Numbered from the stretch's first letter, positions 36,670 to 50,426 are shown. The stretch: DNA of 64,000 nt from Octopus sinensis (GCF_006345805.1 NC_043005.1:51956001-52020000); one strand, 5' to 3'. Translations and numbers: made by a program. Notes: generated by a model from the sequence alone, not told the origin.

Positions 36670-37034
36670 AAATCTGTTCTGTCTGTCCGTCTGTGTGTCT
36701 TCTACGATCTCGGGCATCCTCCATCCGATTGCGCTCAAATTTGATATGTAGATACCGAGGGTATCAGGGCGTATACAAGTCTTGAAAAAATACAAAAATC
36801 GATTCCAGGTGAGAATGCATTTGTACGCGCACTTTAAATTCTTCGGTTGCATATTTGTAGAAATAAAATCGTTTTTCTTTGAAATAGAAAAAAGTCTATC
36901 TTTATTTCTTCTTTTTCTGGTGTCTCAGATTTAGGTTAAATCAGTGTTTCTCAAAGGACAAGTTGTTTTGAGAAAATTTGGTTTAAATGTTTGACAACTC
37001 AGCACCGTCCATTGGACGGGGGGCACTTTGCTCG
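36662..37034 (+). mobile_element. Second non-autonomous Helitron-like element
   Basis: 5' end tatataaaa..gtctgtccgtctgtgtgtcttctacgat resembles 34723; 3' hairpin ccgtcc-att-ggacgg then ...tgCTCG|T (CTAG variant). Confidence 0.55.
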
Positions 37035-37068
37035 TATATATATATATAATATATATATATATACATAT

Positions 37069-37133
<65 letters not shown>

Positions 37134-37564
37134 CATCTATGTATGTACATCTACATTTCTGTTTAACTTTCTATTTACCAGTTACTATCAGCGCTCTTTG
37201 TTTTTCTCTGTGTGTGTGAGTGTATGTCTGTGCATTTGTGTGACCACGTGTATGAACATGTTTGTGTGTGTGTGTGTGCATATGAATACATATGTATGTT
37301 TTTTCAGTCAATCTATACGTCTATATTTCTGTTTATCTGTCCTATATACTATTTATATTGAAGAATGTGAATTTCTCATTCTATCTGTCTATATACGTCT
37401 ATGAAGTAATCTATATGCCAATTTCTGTATATTTCTTTAAATATATAGATATCGAACTATCTTCAATCAATCTAAATCTCAATCAATCACCAAATAAATG
37501 AATAAATCTATATATCTGTCTATAAGACTCTCGCCTTCTTTTTCCTCTCCCACTTTCTCTCTCT

Positions 37565-37670
37565 GTATGTGTGTGTGCACGTGTATTTATGCGTGTGTGT
37601 ATGTGTGTGTGCACGTGTATTTATGCGTGTGTGTATGTGTGTGTGCACGTGTATTTATGCGTGTGTGTAT
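37565..37670. repeat. 34-bp minisatellite x3 built from TG microsatellite (atgtgtgtgtgcacgtgtatttatgcgtgtgtgt)
   Basis: Three identical consecutive units. Confidence 0.9.
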
Positions 37671-37846
37671 GTGTGTGTGTGTGTATGTATGTCTGTGTGT
37701 GTATTTGTGTGTTTCTTTTTCGTTCCTTGATCTTTGTAATTTTGTTTATATCACCATTTATATTTAGTGATGTTTCATGGCGTTGTGAATCTACTCTGTA
37801 ACTATCTTTGAATACATATGGACACACACAAACAAGCAAACACACA

Positions 37847-37901
<55 letters not shown>

Positions 37902-38162
37902 GTATGTATGTATATAGACATACTGCGAAATGAATAAGATTCGCTGACAGACATATTTACCTTTATTCAAACTCCTGCTAGAGTTCTGGTGTCTTGAAAG
38001 ACACCAGAACTCTACAGAAACTCTCATAGACGAGTGATACAAATATGTGAACAAACTACCGAATTTACTGACACACTTACTTACTCACCTCACCTCCCAC
38101 CACTACACACACAGACACACACACACTCGCAAATACACACACACACACACATCTCCATATAT

Positions 38163-38461
<299 letters not shown>

Positions 38462-39353
38462 TGTATGTATGTATGTATTATATAGATACATACAATACAA
38501 CGTAGGCCACTAGGGATATATAAGTATAGAATTAATCAAAACCTTTAATTCGAAGAAAACTTTTCCAAGTTCTCTAAGTACTATCAGATAGTAAAAACTG
38601 TCTGTATAAATACGAACAGTTTAAGAAACCATCTGAAATTACAATCTTGACGCTAATCCTCAACATTTATATGAGAAAGTAAAAAGAGGTAAAATCTCAG
38701 CGTTTGATCAAATAACTAGAAATAAAAGTTTCCAACTGTTGAAAAGCGTCACACTTGAATACAACCCTCTAACACAACACTAACATGAATGGGAGAACGT
38801 AGGCTATAAATTCACCAACATTCACAAAGGCCGAATTATATGTATATAATGAATGGAATAATACTAGGTAGAAGGTTTAATAATTAAAATAGTGAGATAA
38901 CATTTAGAGGTTCAAAATAAGGTTTCTCATCTGTTTTATTAAGTAAAAAGACTGTTGATTGCATTAGATAATTCTAAGTCTGAAAACCTTCAAAATCTGA
39001 TTTCTTTGTCGAGTGAGAGAAACATCGTACATGAAAAATTTCGAAAGCTCTTTTAAGGTTACTTGCAAAATGAACAGCTTTTGTGAACCAGTCGTTGTTA
39101 CTGGGAGTAATATCGCCCTCATGTGGGTTGGGCAAATATGTGTAATAGGTGAATTTGTTTTGATGGACAATGAAACGTTTCCAGAGGGAAATTGTTTCAA
39201 GAATAAAATTGAACTGCCAAATTTCTATAAAAAAAACAACAACAAAAAAAAAACGAATTTCGTAGTATAAGTATAAATTGTAAAACGAGACTTGAATGGA
39301 TACATTCCCAGAGGTGGTTCACTTCCAAGCTTTACCATTTTATAGAAGCAAAT

Positions 39354-39755
39354 ACTCTTACTCTTTTACTCTTTTACTTGTTTCAGTCATTTTACTGCGG
39401 CCATGCTGGAGCACCGCCTTTTAGTCGAGCAAATCGACCCCGGGACTTATTCTTTGTAAGCCCAGTACTTATTCTATCGGTCTCTTTTGCCGAACCGCTA
39501 AGTGACGGGGACGTAAACACACCAGCATCGGTTGTCAAGCAATGCTAGGGGAACAAACACAGACACACAAACATACACACACATATATATATATACATAT
39601 ATACGACAGGCCTCTTTCAGTTTCCGTCTACCAAATCCACTCACAAGGCATTGGTCGGCCCGAGGCTATAGCAGAAGACACTTGCCCAAGATGCCACGCA
39701 GTGGGACTGAACCCAGAACCATGTGGCTGGTAGGCAAGCTACTTACCACACAGCC
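39354..39755 (-). mobile_element. SINE family A, nearly full length
   Basis: Very similar to 12062-12477. Confidence 0.95.
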
Positions 39756-40997
39756 AATTCACTAATTAAAAAAAAATCCGAAAATATTTGAATTCTGAAA
39801 TAGTTCCAGCCCCAATCATTTTCGATGAAAGACTTATCAACTGTCGTTTCTGCTATTAAAATATAGGGGAGCAATATAGAAAAGATGATTGGATGAAACG
39901 TAAATTCAGGAAACAACTTAACTTTTATACTTTCGAACGATTGAGAAAACCTTGATGTGGTTGCTTGACTTGCTAGATATAGGAGCCATGTCACAACTGC
40001 CGGTTTAATACAAAAAGAATAACATTGTTTAATGTAATCTTCGGAAAAAATAGGTCTTAAAAGACGTTGCTTGATAAGGCATGAATGATTTTGACCATAA
40101 GTCCATTATTGTATGAGGCATTCCTATGAACAGTAGTTTCTTCGTAAAGCCTATTTCTGCCTGTATTGCACCGAACGGTTCTACTTAACTGTTCCTATCA
40201 GAAACCCTTTTAACTATGCCATCTGCAAAATTCTGAATGGTTGGAAGAATATATATATGTGTGTGTGTGTGTGTGTTTGTGTGTGTGGTGTGTATGTGGT
40301 ATGTGCGTGTGCGTGCATGTGTGTGTGTATGATTTCCACGTAGGTTTTCCGTCGAGATTGTTTGCCTATTGTTATATTTAATGTGATGTCTCAAAAAAGA
40401 TGATTAGATTGTTACTAATGAGATATTCGAAACGAATTACTTGAATATTCCTATCAGATATTTTAAAACATCTATCCAGAGCATTGTATTATTCTGTATA
40501 AGATTATTTTACCGTCATTTCTATACAATCCGAAGGTATAAAATGTAAGCTATGAAGTGTATGCTCTTTCGAATATCTCAGTTCCTTTACCCAAGGAGAA
40601 GACAAATAGAAGGACCCAGTAGGAATCCTTATGGAATCCTTATGGTATGAGGACAACTTCTTGCCATAGCAAAGTTTTTCCTTATATTAATCAGAGTGTC
40701 CAGAAGTTTAAAGAGAGATTGCTATTTTTTAAAAATAAAATAAAATTGCTATTTTTAAATAAAAAATGAATTTACAGATTTTTTTTTACTATAGTAAAGG
40801 GCAGGGCTACAACTCTGGTAGACTGATATAGCATTTCTAATTCAAAAGTATTGAGAAGGCGCTTGTTGACTTATCCCAAATTTTCTTTTAAAACGTCATA
40901 TTTAATCTTCGTTCAAAGCGTGAGCGGACATTGGCTTTATGTTACTCAAGAGAGATGTAAGGTTTGCGCATACATACATACATGCATATGTATGTGC

Positions 40998-41040
<43 letters not shown>

Positions 41041-41046
41041 TATAGA

Positions 41047-41307
41047 TATAAAAAATTTTATAATTATAAACATAATTATAATTAGAGTTTAGCAAAATTG
41101 CTTCACCACATACCGAAATTTAGAAACAGCAGTTATATGCTATTCTACTACCATAAGATATTTCCTAGATAGCAATAATTTCAACTGGGAGATATATTAT
41201 GGTAGTTGAATAGTATTTAACTGCTATTTATAAATTACGGTATGTGGTGAAGCAATTTTGTTAAATCCTAATTATAATTATGTTTATAATTATAAAATTT
41301 TTGTATA
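41047..41307. mobile_element. AT-rich foldback/MITE: ~125-bp inverted arms, very short spacer
   Basis: ttttataattataaacataattataattag...caaaattgcttcaccacataccg is mirrored by cggtatgtggtgaagcaattttg...ctaattataattatgtttataattataaaa. Confidence 0.9.
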
Positions 41308-41402
41308 AGTTTACCCATAATGGTTCTTTTAACATACCGAACTACTTGGTAAAATTATCAATTATAAATTGATTAATTAATTTTACCCTTTATTATTATT
41401 TG

Positions 41403-41446
<44 letters not shown>

Positions 41447-42149
41447 GTCGTATTAGAATTGGAAATAAATTCAAAGTCTTAAAGCTGTTTCTGGGATATT
41501 CTCGAGTATCCCCTACTTGTCTCTGATGGTAGAATATCCCTTGCTCGGGGATATCCTAGAAATAGCTGTAAAATTGAATTTTTTTCCAATAATAATATTA
41601 TATACGACTTGAGATGCTTGCTTTGCTATCATTTTTGTTGTCCTCTTTAATAATTATATGTATATATGTGTGTGTGTGTGTGGTGTGTGTGTGTTGTGTG
41701 TGTACACACAACACTCACACACATATATGTTTTCAAAATTTAAGGAATGGAGTAGATAAAATCCTGGTTACATATGTACCACAGCTAGCAGAATCTCGGA
41801 AGCAGTATTTACTCAATCGAGGGTTAATCTACTAGCTTGCTCATGAGGCCAAAGATACCGTAGTGAAACGGTGGTTACATTATCGTCAAGGGATTCCTTG
41901 TTTACTCTCAGGAGATTTGATCAAAAATGCATGATATCAATCCCAGCTCCTAACCGTGAAATATAGAAAAACGTTTTGTTAGCTTATCGAACTTCGTATG
42001 GGAAAAATTTACAACCTTCTACGTCAATAAACCACTTTTGTTCCTGAAAGTTTATTTTTATATCATCTACGAACAGTTCCTACATCTTGATCCTTGGACC
42101 ATACCTTTACACACACGCGTGTACGCACACACACATACACACATACACT

Positions 42150-42188
<39 letters not shown>

Positions 42189-42189
42189 A

Positions 42190-42560
42190 CGGTGGACTTC
42201 TTTCAGCTTCTGTCTTTCAGATCTTCTCACAAGACATTGGTCGGTCAGATTCTACAGTAGAAACCATCTGCCCAAGGTACCACGCAGTGGGACTGAACCT
42301 AGAACTAGGTAGTTTGGAAGCAAGCTTCTTACTAAACAGCCCGCCTGCGCATGCGCCTGCGTATAAGAGAATTAATAATTATTTCTATTATAATTTACCA
42401 GGCCTGAAGTGTTGGCACAGTGCGCATCTGGTACTTATTTCATCGACACCAAAAGGATAAAAGGCAGAGTGGAATCGGCAAAAATTGAACTCAGAACGTA
42501 GAGACAGACGAAAAGCCGCTGAGCATTTTTTAATCTGGCCTGTTAACGATTCTGCCAAAC
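42190..42560 (-). mobile_element. Degenerate SINE A head (42190-42360) and SINE B (42395-42560)
   Basis: cccaaggtaccacgcagtgggactgaacc; ggtacttatttcatcgacacc..aactcagaacgtag. Confidence 0.8.
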
Positions 42561-42905
42561 GAAACTCAGAATGTAAAAAGGAATGCAGCAACGATTGACA
42601 AAACTTCATATAGTGTAAGTTAGATGTAATTAAAAATTTTAATATGTAATAGGTGTTCGATTTTTGTTTCTTCCTTTTGTTCTGCTTTGCTTTGATTTTC
42701 TTCCTCGTCAAGAATTTCTTGACAAAAGCAAGATAACCACAGCTTGTGCTCATAATGGTCAGTCAATCAGGTTAGCTACTGCTCAGAATTGTTGTTTATA
42801 TCATCCTTGTTCTCAACCAAACTCTGGCTGCTGGAATCAAGAGGACTGATTTCGCCGCCGCTGCTATTCGAACCAATGGCCATCTCCAGCAGGTGTGTGT
42901 GTGTG

Positions 42906-42967
<62 letters not shown>

Positions 42968-43341
42968 CGTGTGTGTGTGTGTACGTGCGATGAGTATGTA
43001 TGAGTCTGTAAAACATCTTATGACAAAATCCTTTTAGCACAATGAGTAATAAGTTTGAATCTGATATACAAAATGCAATGACGTCAGCTTAATTTTTCTA
43101 TAGACTTAGAAGACATTGTTCAATGGTACCATACGGATACACACGCACTCACAAAAATACAAATACACATACACACACAAACACACACGCATTCACATAT
43201 ATATATAGGTATATATACACAGGCAAATATTCATAGATCTGAACAAATCCATACATACATACACACACATACACTCACTTATACACACACAGTCTTGTCA
43301 CATTGTTAACAATTATACTTCTAATAAACACGTAGTGCAGC

Positions 43342-43465
43342 TATAATTTGATAAGACACAATGCTAATACATATGTTTACTTTATGAATAAATAATAAAC
43401 ATTAATATGCAATTAATTTAAGCTCTATTAACTTCTTGAAATAGAATAGATTACAATGCTGGTCA
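43342..43465 (+). repeat. Dispersed AT-rich repeat; diverged direct copy at 47035-47153
   Basis: ataagacacaat...tttactttatgaataaat..taaa.attaatatg.a.ttaatttaagc.ctattaactt is shared by both copies. Confidence 0.85.
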
Positions 43466-43782
43466 GTGACACTGGGCTGCTTGTAGATTGACAACGAAGC
43501 AAATCTGTGCTTTTATATTGTTTGTTACCTGGCCGAGCTTTCAGACTTGTTTCGTCAAATATTTTGGATCAGTGATTTGTTTTGGTTCGATACTTGCTCG
43601 GTGATCCGTACGTAATATCATGCGCTATCCTTATAATATTACATCAGAAGAGTCGATCACACAGTAAATTTTATATGCATATGAGTGTGTGTATGCGTAA
43701 GCAGAACTTTGGAAGAGCTGTGTCCGGAAGAACCATGCCTTGTATGCAAGAAAAGGAGTACGTTATTCGTATACAAACCTAC

Positions 43783-43818
<36 letters not shown>

Positions 43819-44115
43819 GCATCAACAAAAAGAGTGCAGTGGACGATAGAAATGGAAAAGCCAACGTTTCAGACAGTGTTTTTTAGAGAAATTATTGAGA
43901 AAGCAGAGTTTTATATTCTGTTGTGTCTGGGGAGAGTCATTTTCTTTTTGTGCCTTATAATGTAACACACTCACAGGTAAAATTTCCACTTATTTTTTAT
44001 TTTTATTTTCTTAAAATTTTCGTTGCGTCTTGCAACCTTTTCAATAGTCTTGAAAAAACTGTTTACAACTAATAAAAAACTGGACCATGGGAACATTTTA
44101 CGCAAACAGGAAATA

Positions 44116-44157
<42 letters not shown>

Positions 44158-44475
44158 TGGATGTAGAAAGAAGGAGGAATGATGGAGAAGAAGCAAGTAA
44201 AGTCGAGAATGAAGTGAAAAGAAAGGATGAGGTGATAAGAAAGCAGTTACTGAACACTACAGGCCATTCCATTATTCACTTAAAAACCTGAAGAATCGAT
44301 GCACACCCTAAACCCACATGTTCAAGGAACAATGTTTCGTATTCGAACTTGATCCGTTGTCACAAGTTTAAACAAACGTCTTTCTCTCTACTTCTACACC
44401 TCCTCTTAGTTCTGTAGAAGATATGATGGGAAAATATTAATAGCTTCGTTTAATTACCTTTGAATACCCCTCTAG

Positions 44476-44546
44476 CTGTTACCGGTGATTCAAAGATGAA
44501 GCGCAGGTGCAACAGAGCGGAATCTGTTAAGATACTTATCAAGCAG
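44476..44546 (+). CDS. Candidate host exon (unverified): VTGDSKMKRRCNRAESVKILIKQ
   Basis: Acceptor ttacctttgaatacccctctAG, donor CAG|GTGGGT, 71 nt, one open frame. No homolog recognised. Confidence 0.25.
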
Positions 44547-44877
44547 GTGGGTCTAATGAACTGAAGTGGAATTTGTGGTCTAAATACAGTGACCCCTTTC
44601 TTGATATACAACAGAGTAGGAAACTAAAGAAATTTTTGTCGAAAGTGAAGTAACTTGTATGGAAAGGAAAAACAAATCAGTGTTTCGGAGAGGTTTTGTC
44701 CATAACAGTAGTTTTGTTCGGTAATACCTCGCCGATACACATACATTGATAGATGCATATACACATATACATAAATGCACACACACATAAATTTAAACAC
44801 GCACATACATACTCTCAGGCATATTGGCAAACTGGGCAGAATGCATAACTGGCCCAAGAAGCTATCTAAAAATTAAA

Positions 44878-46649
44878 TGGACAATGACAAGGTACGACTA
44901 CCTTTAACAATATTATCCCCTGCCGAACACGAAAAATACTGTAACTACGTTCTGCCAAAAAAATAAAAATAATAATAATAATAATATATAAATAAAAAAA
45001 ATGTGATTTGTTTCGATGAAACAAATTGTTATCGAAAATTTTCAGTAAGGGACGTTCTCTGTTCAATATACGCTGGGAGTGTTTCAGTTTATATGATGAA
45101 GATTTCATCACTTATGCCGGAGTCGTCAACAGAGAGTATGAAAAATTCAAACTAAATTAACCTCGGACAAGTTCAAATGTTTAATTTTTGTTCAAGGGTT
45201 GACTGCAAGCAAAGACGCAGAGATATGTGTCCGGATATTGCCAAAATTAGACCAGGATCAGAATTTCACTCTGCAGAAATGTCAGAGCATTATTAATCTA
45301 CATGACGCAAATGAAATCTAAGAACAGGATTAGCCTAACATACATGCGCGTCGACCTATAACGTGTAAAGAAAAAGAAAAAAACGAAGATCATGACCCAA
45401 TCTATGGTATGGGTGCGGAAGTCTACATTATAGAAATAACTGACCGTTTTAAAATGTAAAATATTTTAACTGTCAAAATATCGGACATAAAAGCCCACAA
45501 TGCAGAGTAAGTAAAAAGGTCGAACGAAAGAAATTCTGGGAAGGTTTTCTCAACAGAAAGTCTAGACGAGGCTCACAAAAGAAAGTTTGTGTGCATAAAA
45601 ATTAATAATGTGAACGTGAAGTTACAGTTAGACACAGGCAGTGATATTACAATTATTAACACTGACACAGGGAAAATAGGAAAGTTTACATTAATGGAAA
45701 CTTTAAAAATTGCGAAAGGTCTCTTAGGAAATATATTACATTTTGTGGTGAAATGATAACTGAGGTTATATTTCGGGCTAAAATCTTTTTTTGTGTTAAA
45801 TAATGCAACAATTTGTTCGGTACTGACTGGATGGAATTGTTTAATTTATGGGACCTCCCCATAAATCTGTTCTGTAAAATTCTAAATGGTTTTCCCTCTA
45901 GTAAAAACAAGTCGTCAGACGAATGGAAAGAAAAGTAAATCACGTACAACTTGATTGTAGTTGATAGTTATACTAAGTGGTCGGAAATATGTAGATGTAG
46001 GAAACCAGCATCTACGGTAACAATATAATTTCTTCATGAATCCTTTGCAAGATAAGGTTCCCAGACACCATAGTATCCGATAACGGTACGCAGTTTACGG
46101 CGTATGACTTCAATATTTTAGGCAAAATTACGTATATGATAAGGGGTGAAAATTGAGAACACAAACGATATTTAAACCAGTTAAAAAGTAGATATACGGA
46201 AAAAAGAATAGAGATACCCATGGAAGTGCTCTACAAGACCTTTAATGTTGAAGTCGAACCTAGGTGTAGCTGCGCAAAAAAGGGGAAACAACGAGAACGG
46301 TTAGAAGTCGTGTCTAAACGAAAGAAATATTAAACTTCCCTAGGAAATTAATCTTAAAAAGGGAGGTGTAAAAGAAAAATATTAACTTCCTAAGGAATTC
46401 AAATCTCAAAGGGGGAGATTTTGTGACGAGAGTCATTGACACCCCTGTGGGATTGGAAGTATGAACTAGCCGAACTCTGATAAAGAGTAGCGTGTTGGTT
46501 GAGACGCAGGAGTCGTATGAGCCGTTAAGAGTTTGCATTTATTGGAGTGTTGAGTGGAGTAATTTCAAGCACGCCGTGTGAAGACAGTCTGTGTCTTCGT
46601 GAAATCTGTATATCCAACATATAGAAGGATATAAAAGTGGCGACGAGGA
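44878..46649 (+). mobile_element. Ty3/Gypsy LTR retrotransposon relic (gag, two CCHC knuckles, protease, integrase core; RT/RNaseH deleted)
   Basis: Gag-like LSPAEHEKYCNYVLPK and DEDFITYAGVVNREYEKFK..FKCLIFVQGL; knuckles xYGCGSLHYRNN* and xFNCQNIGHKSPQC (45405-45507); protease LDTGSDITII (45628-45657); integrase LIVVDSYTKW..PDTIVSDNGTQFT (45950-46100). Confidence 0.9.
46419..46637 (+). mobile_element. Putative LTR, preceded by PPT (aaagggggaga) and followed by PBS-like tggcgacgagga (46638-46649)
   Basis: Polypurine tract directly upstream; a TGGCGACGAG motif typical of Gypsy primer-binding sites directly downstream. No second LTR for confirmation. Confidence 0.55.
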
Positions 46650-47369
46650 TATCCACTTATAAAAATGATATACCATAGTGTACACCATAGTGAGGTGTTT
46701 ATGACTAAAAGTGTTCAACAAATATTCATAAAAACTATAGCTTATGTCTATTGAGTGAAAAAATATACGAACACAGCTTGCTAGTAATATAAAGGCCAAC
46801 TGCAGTGATGACATGATTATAAATATCTCACACAATATCTACGTATATTGACATGTTTGTGTGCATAAGCCAATATTTAGAGATATACATAAACACAGTA
46901 CACTAACATGCGTACACTCATATACACTCGCACATACGTGCACTGATAGAAAGGAAGACATTTATACACGCACAGTGATGTCACGTTGTTATATTAGCTA
47001 TATAGATATTCCTAATGAACAACGTAATACACAGATAATTTAATAAGACACAATATGAATAGAAGATTTACTTTATGAATAAATTATAAATATTAATATG
47101 AATTTAATTTAAGCGCTATTAACTTTTCGTATGAAATAAACTGGATGCTGGTCTGTAGAGTTTCAGTGGTCGACATTTCAAGTTTGATGCTTCTATTTCA
47201 AAACACTCCAGTTTGTAGAAAATATATTTCAGCGACCGTTTTCACCGAAGACATATGAATAATATAACACTGACTAAAGCACCCAAACTCTAACGTAAAC
47301 ACAAAAATATCCAAATCATGAGAGCATAATTTACACGAACTAAATGAATTTATTGCCTACGACATGGTA

Positions 47370-47585
47370 ATAAACCGTGCTTTTCCCCGGTCTATCTCTT
47401 CTTTCTTCCTTTTACTTTCCTCTGGGTCTGTTCTTTTCTTCGACGAAGTGCCATGCTCGAAACGTCATTTTCTGCTCCTCATTTTCCATCTAAAACATCC
47501 AATGAGCGTTTATCTAATATGTTCATTGTGAACGTCCAGTTGACTTATGTTGTTTTTCCAGTTGTTTTTGTTCGTGGATTTGTTT
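47370..47585 (+). mobile_element. Penelope-type pseudo-LTR-like repeat with degenerate hammerhead motif (47436-47470)
   Basis: tcgacga-a-gtgc-cat-gctc-gaaac-gtc; layout matches 36160-36365. Confidence 0.5.
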
Positions 47586-47598
47586 ATGTATATACATG

Positions 47599-47687
<89 letters not shown>

Positions 47688-47769
47688 TATAACAGGTAAT
47701 AATTACAAGAAGAAGAAGAAGAAGAAGAAGAAGAACAACAACAACAACAACAGCAACAACAACAATATC

Positions 47770-47915
47770 GAAAAATACCTTAGAAAAGAGAACCCAGGTT
47801 CGAAATTTCCCCAAGACACCTGATGAAGGCTGAAACAACAAACAAGATGAGGACAAATATCCCTCAATTATAAATAATGCACATAATTCCTCATCTCTTA
47901 AATATAGAACTGTAT
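47770..47915 (+). mobile_element. Penelope-type repeat with collapsed hammerhead (ctgatga-a-ggct-gaaac, 47820-47836)
   Basis: Perfect CUGAUGA core and GAAAC, but stem II cannot form (apparent deletion). Confidence 0.4.
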
Positions 47916-48061
47916 TACTTATTCTATCGATCACTTTTGCAGAACCACTAAGTTACGCACACGTAACACACCAGCATTGGTTATCAAACAATGGAGGGTG
48001 GACAAACACGGACACAAACACATAAATATATACATACACATACACACGCACACACATATAT

Positions 48062-48400
48062 AGTTGAAATTTACAGACAAACAAAAGACGAAGACTGGTG
48101 TATAAACAACAAGCAGGTATAATTAGTTCGACGTTCGGGAAGGTGAGAAACTCTTCTACGTTTCGAGCCTACGCTCTTCAACACAAAGGAACACAAGGAA
48201 ATAAACAGAGAGAGAGAGAGAGGGGGGTAGAGAGAGAGAGGGGGGTAGAGAGAGAGAGAATAAAAATTGAAAAAAAACTCGTGGATTTAGCTGTCAATCA
48301 AGGCGACTGTCTGGAAAAAGGTAGTTTGACAGGAGAGCTAGGAAGAAGGGGAAATAATAAAGTATTGGTGATCCCAAAACGTAGGTGTGCGTGTGTGCGT
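48062..48400 (-). mobile_element. Penelope-type repeat with hammerhead-like motif (48154-48188)
   Basis: Minus strand: cuuu|GUGUUGA|a|GAGC-guag-GCUC|GAAAC-GU-A|gaag. Confidence 0.5.
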
Positions 48401-49300
48401 GTGTGTGCGTGTGTGTGCGTGTGGATAGGGCCTAGTGACTTTGACGTGTGGGTGTGTGGATGATGGTGTTTAGGAGTGCAGGTGATGGTGTGTGGTGTGG
48501 GTACTGGGAAGTGGAGAGTGTGTGTGATGTGGTGTGGGTGGTGTGATGTGGTGTTGTTGTGGTGTGTGGTGGGGTGTGGGGTGGTGGGGATGTGAAGGTG
48601 GGGAGTGGGTTCGGGGTGGAGTGGAGGTGTAGTGATAGGGGTGAGGTATGTGGGCATTAGATGTGTGTGTGTGTGTATTGTTATTCACACACACACACTA
48701 GAATTCACAATAATAAGTATATATTTATTTTTATTAATATTATCGGAAGCAACTGAGTGACTCAAAATCCGAAAGTTTCGTTCGCCGGCACCAACTTGTA
48801 ACTAGTTTGACAACCAGCCCTAAGCTATTAGTCGAAGATATTTGTTCTGTATAGTGCGACTGCATCCGAAACCAAGTGCAATGCGAGCATTTTAACCAGG
48901 CAGCCATACCAGTATTTCCCGCTTCGTTTACGTCCTAATTTCGTATTCTGATTTCGCCGTTCGCTCTTTTGATGAGCTGATAAAATATAGTACCAGCTAA
49001 GTACTCGAGGTCGTTTTAAGTCGACTAACCTACCTCACAACCCACATTTCATAGCATTGTTCCTATGTCAGAAATCGTTATTTCTCTAACCTAGACATTA
49101 ATCTTTAGGTAAGAAATGTTCTACATAAGAAGAAACCACGCTTCTGTTTATGTGAAGATGTCAAAATATATTCTAATAATTCATCATGATCACCACCGTT
49201 TTCATCAATCAAATGTGCGTATGTGCGCTTGTGTCTGTCTGTTTGTCTGTCTCTGTCTGTTTTCTGTCTATGTCTGTTTTGTCTTATCTCTGTCCCTTCT

Positions 49301-49332
<32 letters not shown>

Positions 49333-49333
49333 T

Positions 49334-49364
<31 letters not shown>

Positions 49365-49426
49365 TTTCTTTCTTCTCTCCTCTCCCTCTCCTCTCTATCT
49401 CTCTCTCTCTTCTCCTCTCTCTCTCT

Positions 49427-49460
<34 letters not shown>

Positions 49461-49602
49461 TCATAAATACATTTTATACAAATTTCCCTTTTTAACAGAA
49501 CTTCTTTGAATTCATCATTTCTCTATTCTCTTCTCTCTCTTTCTTTCCTCTCTTTATATGTATGTATGCACGTATGTATGTATGTTGTAGTATGTATGTA
49601 TG

Positions 49603-49646
<44 letters not shown>

Positions 49647-50426
49647 ATATGTATAGATTGCATATATATATGCATATATATATAAATGTATATATATATA
49701 TATGTACGAATATATACATATATATATACTATATAATACATATATACATATACATATATATATAGAGACAGATATATACATGTCTGTGTATATATTCATA
49801 ATACATCATCATGATCACCATCATCACCAAAATCTCTTTCTCTCTCTCTCTCTCACACACACACACGGAGTCAGGCTTAGTGAGACGGTAGAGTCGGACA
49901 CAGTCCTTGCAGTATACGTTTCGCATCGCTGCGCTCCGAATTCATATCCCACTGATGTCTATTTTCACTTTCATGTTCTGGCGTCCATTCTACCTTTTCT
50001 CTCTTTCTATCTTTCTGTCTTTCTTTTTCATTACTCCCCCTATAATCTATAAGAAATCGATTGCATGAGACCCAGTAATGATGGACAGCTGATGACGGCT
50101 ATAGAGCCAGAAAACATCCCTTTGAGCGTCCCCTTATATTCTCACAATGAGCGTGTCCTTTTCCTTAATAGAATGTCAGATTCTTGAGATTATTTCCCCC
50201 CTTCTCAAGTGGAGCTGATTTTTGCTGCTCTTTGATAATTATGGTACATACTCTATGGGCGGCGATACTTTCAATAAATCAGGAATTCCATTAATCGGTG
50301 CTTGATATATCTGTGTTTATCTCTCTATACAGTTAGATAGCTCGTTAGTTACTTATTAGTCAGATAAGAACAGGTCTGTCTATTGTCTTACCAGGTGTTT
50401 TTCCTGCCAGTGTGTCTACATGTATA

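Noticed and set aside
39013-39270. 85-aa non-repetitive ORF
   Set aside because: No recognisable motif, no convincing splice sites, and an overlapping antisense ORF of similar length; consistent with chance.
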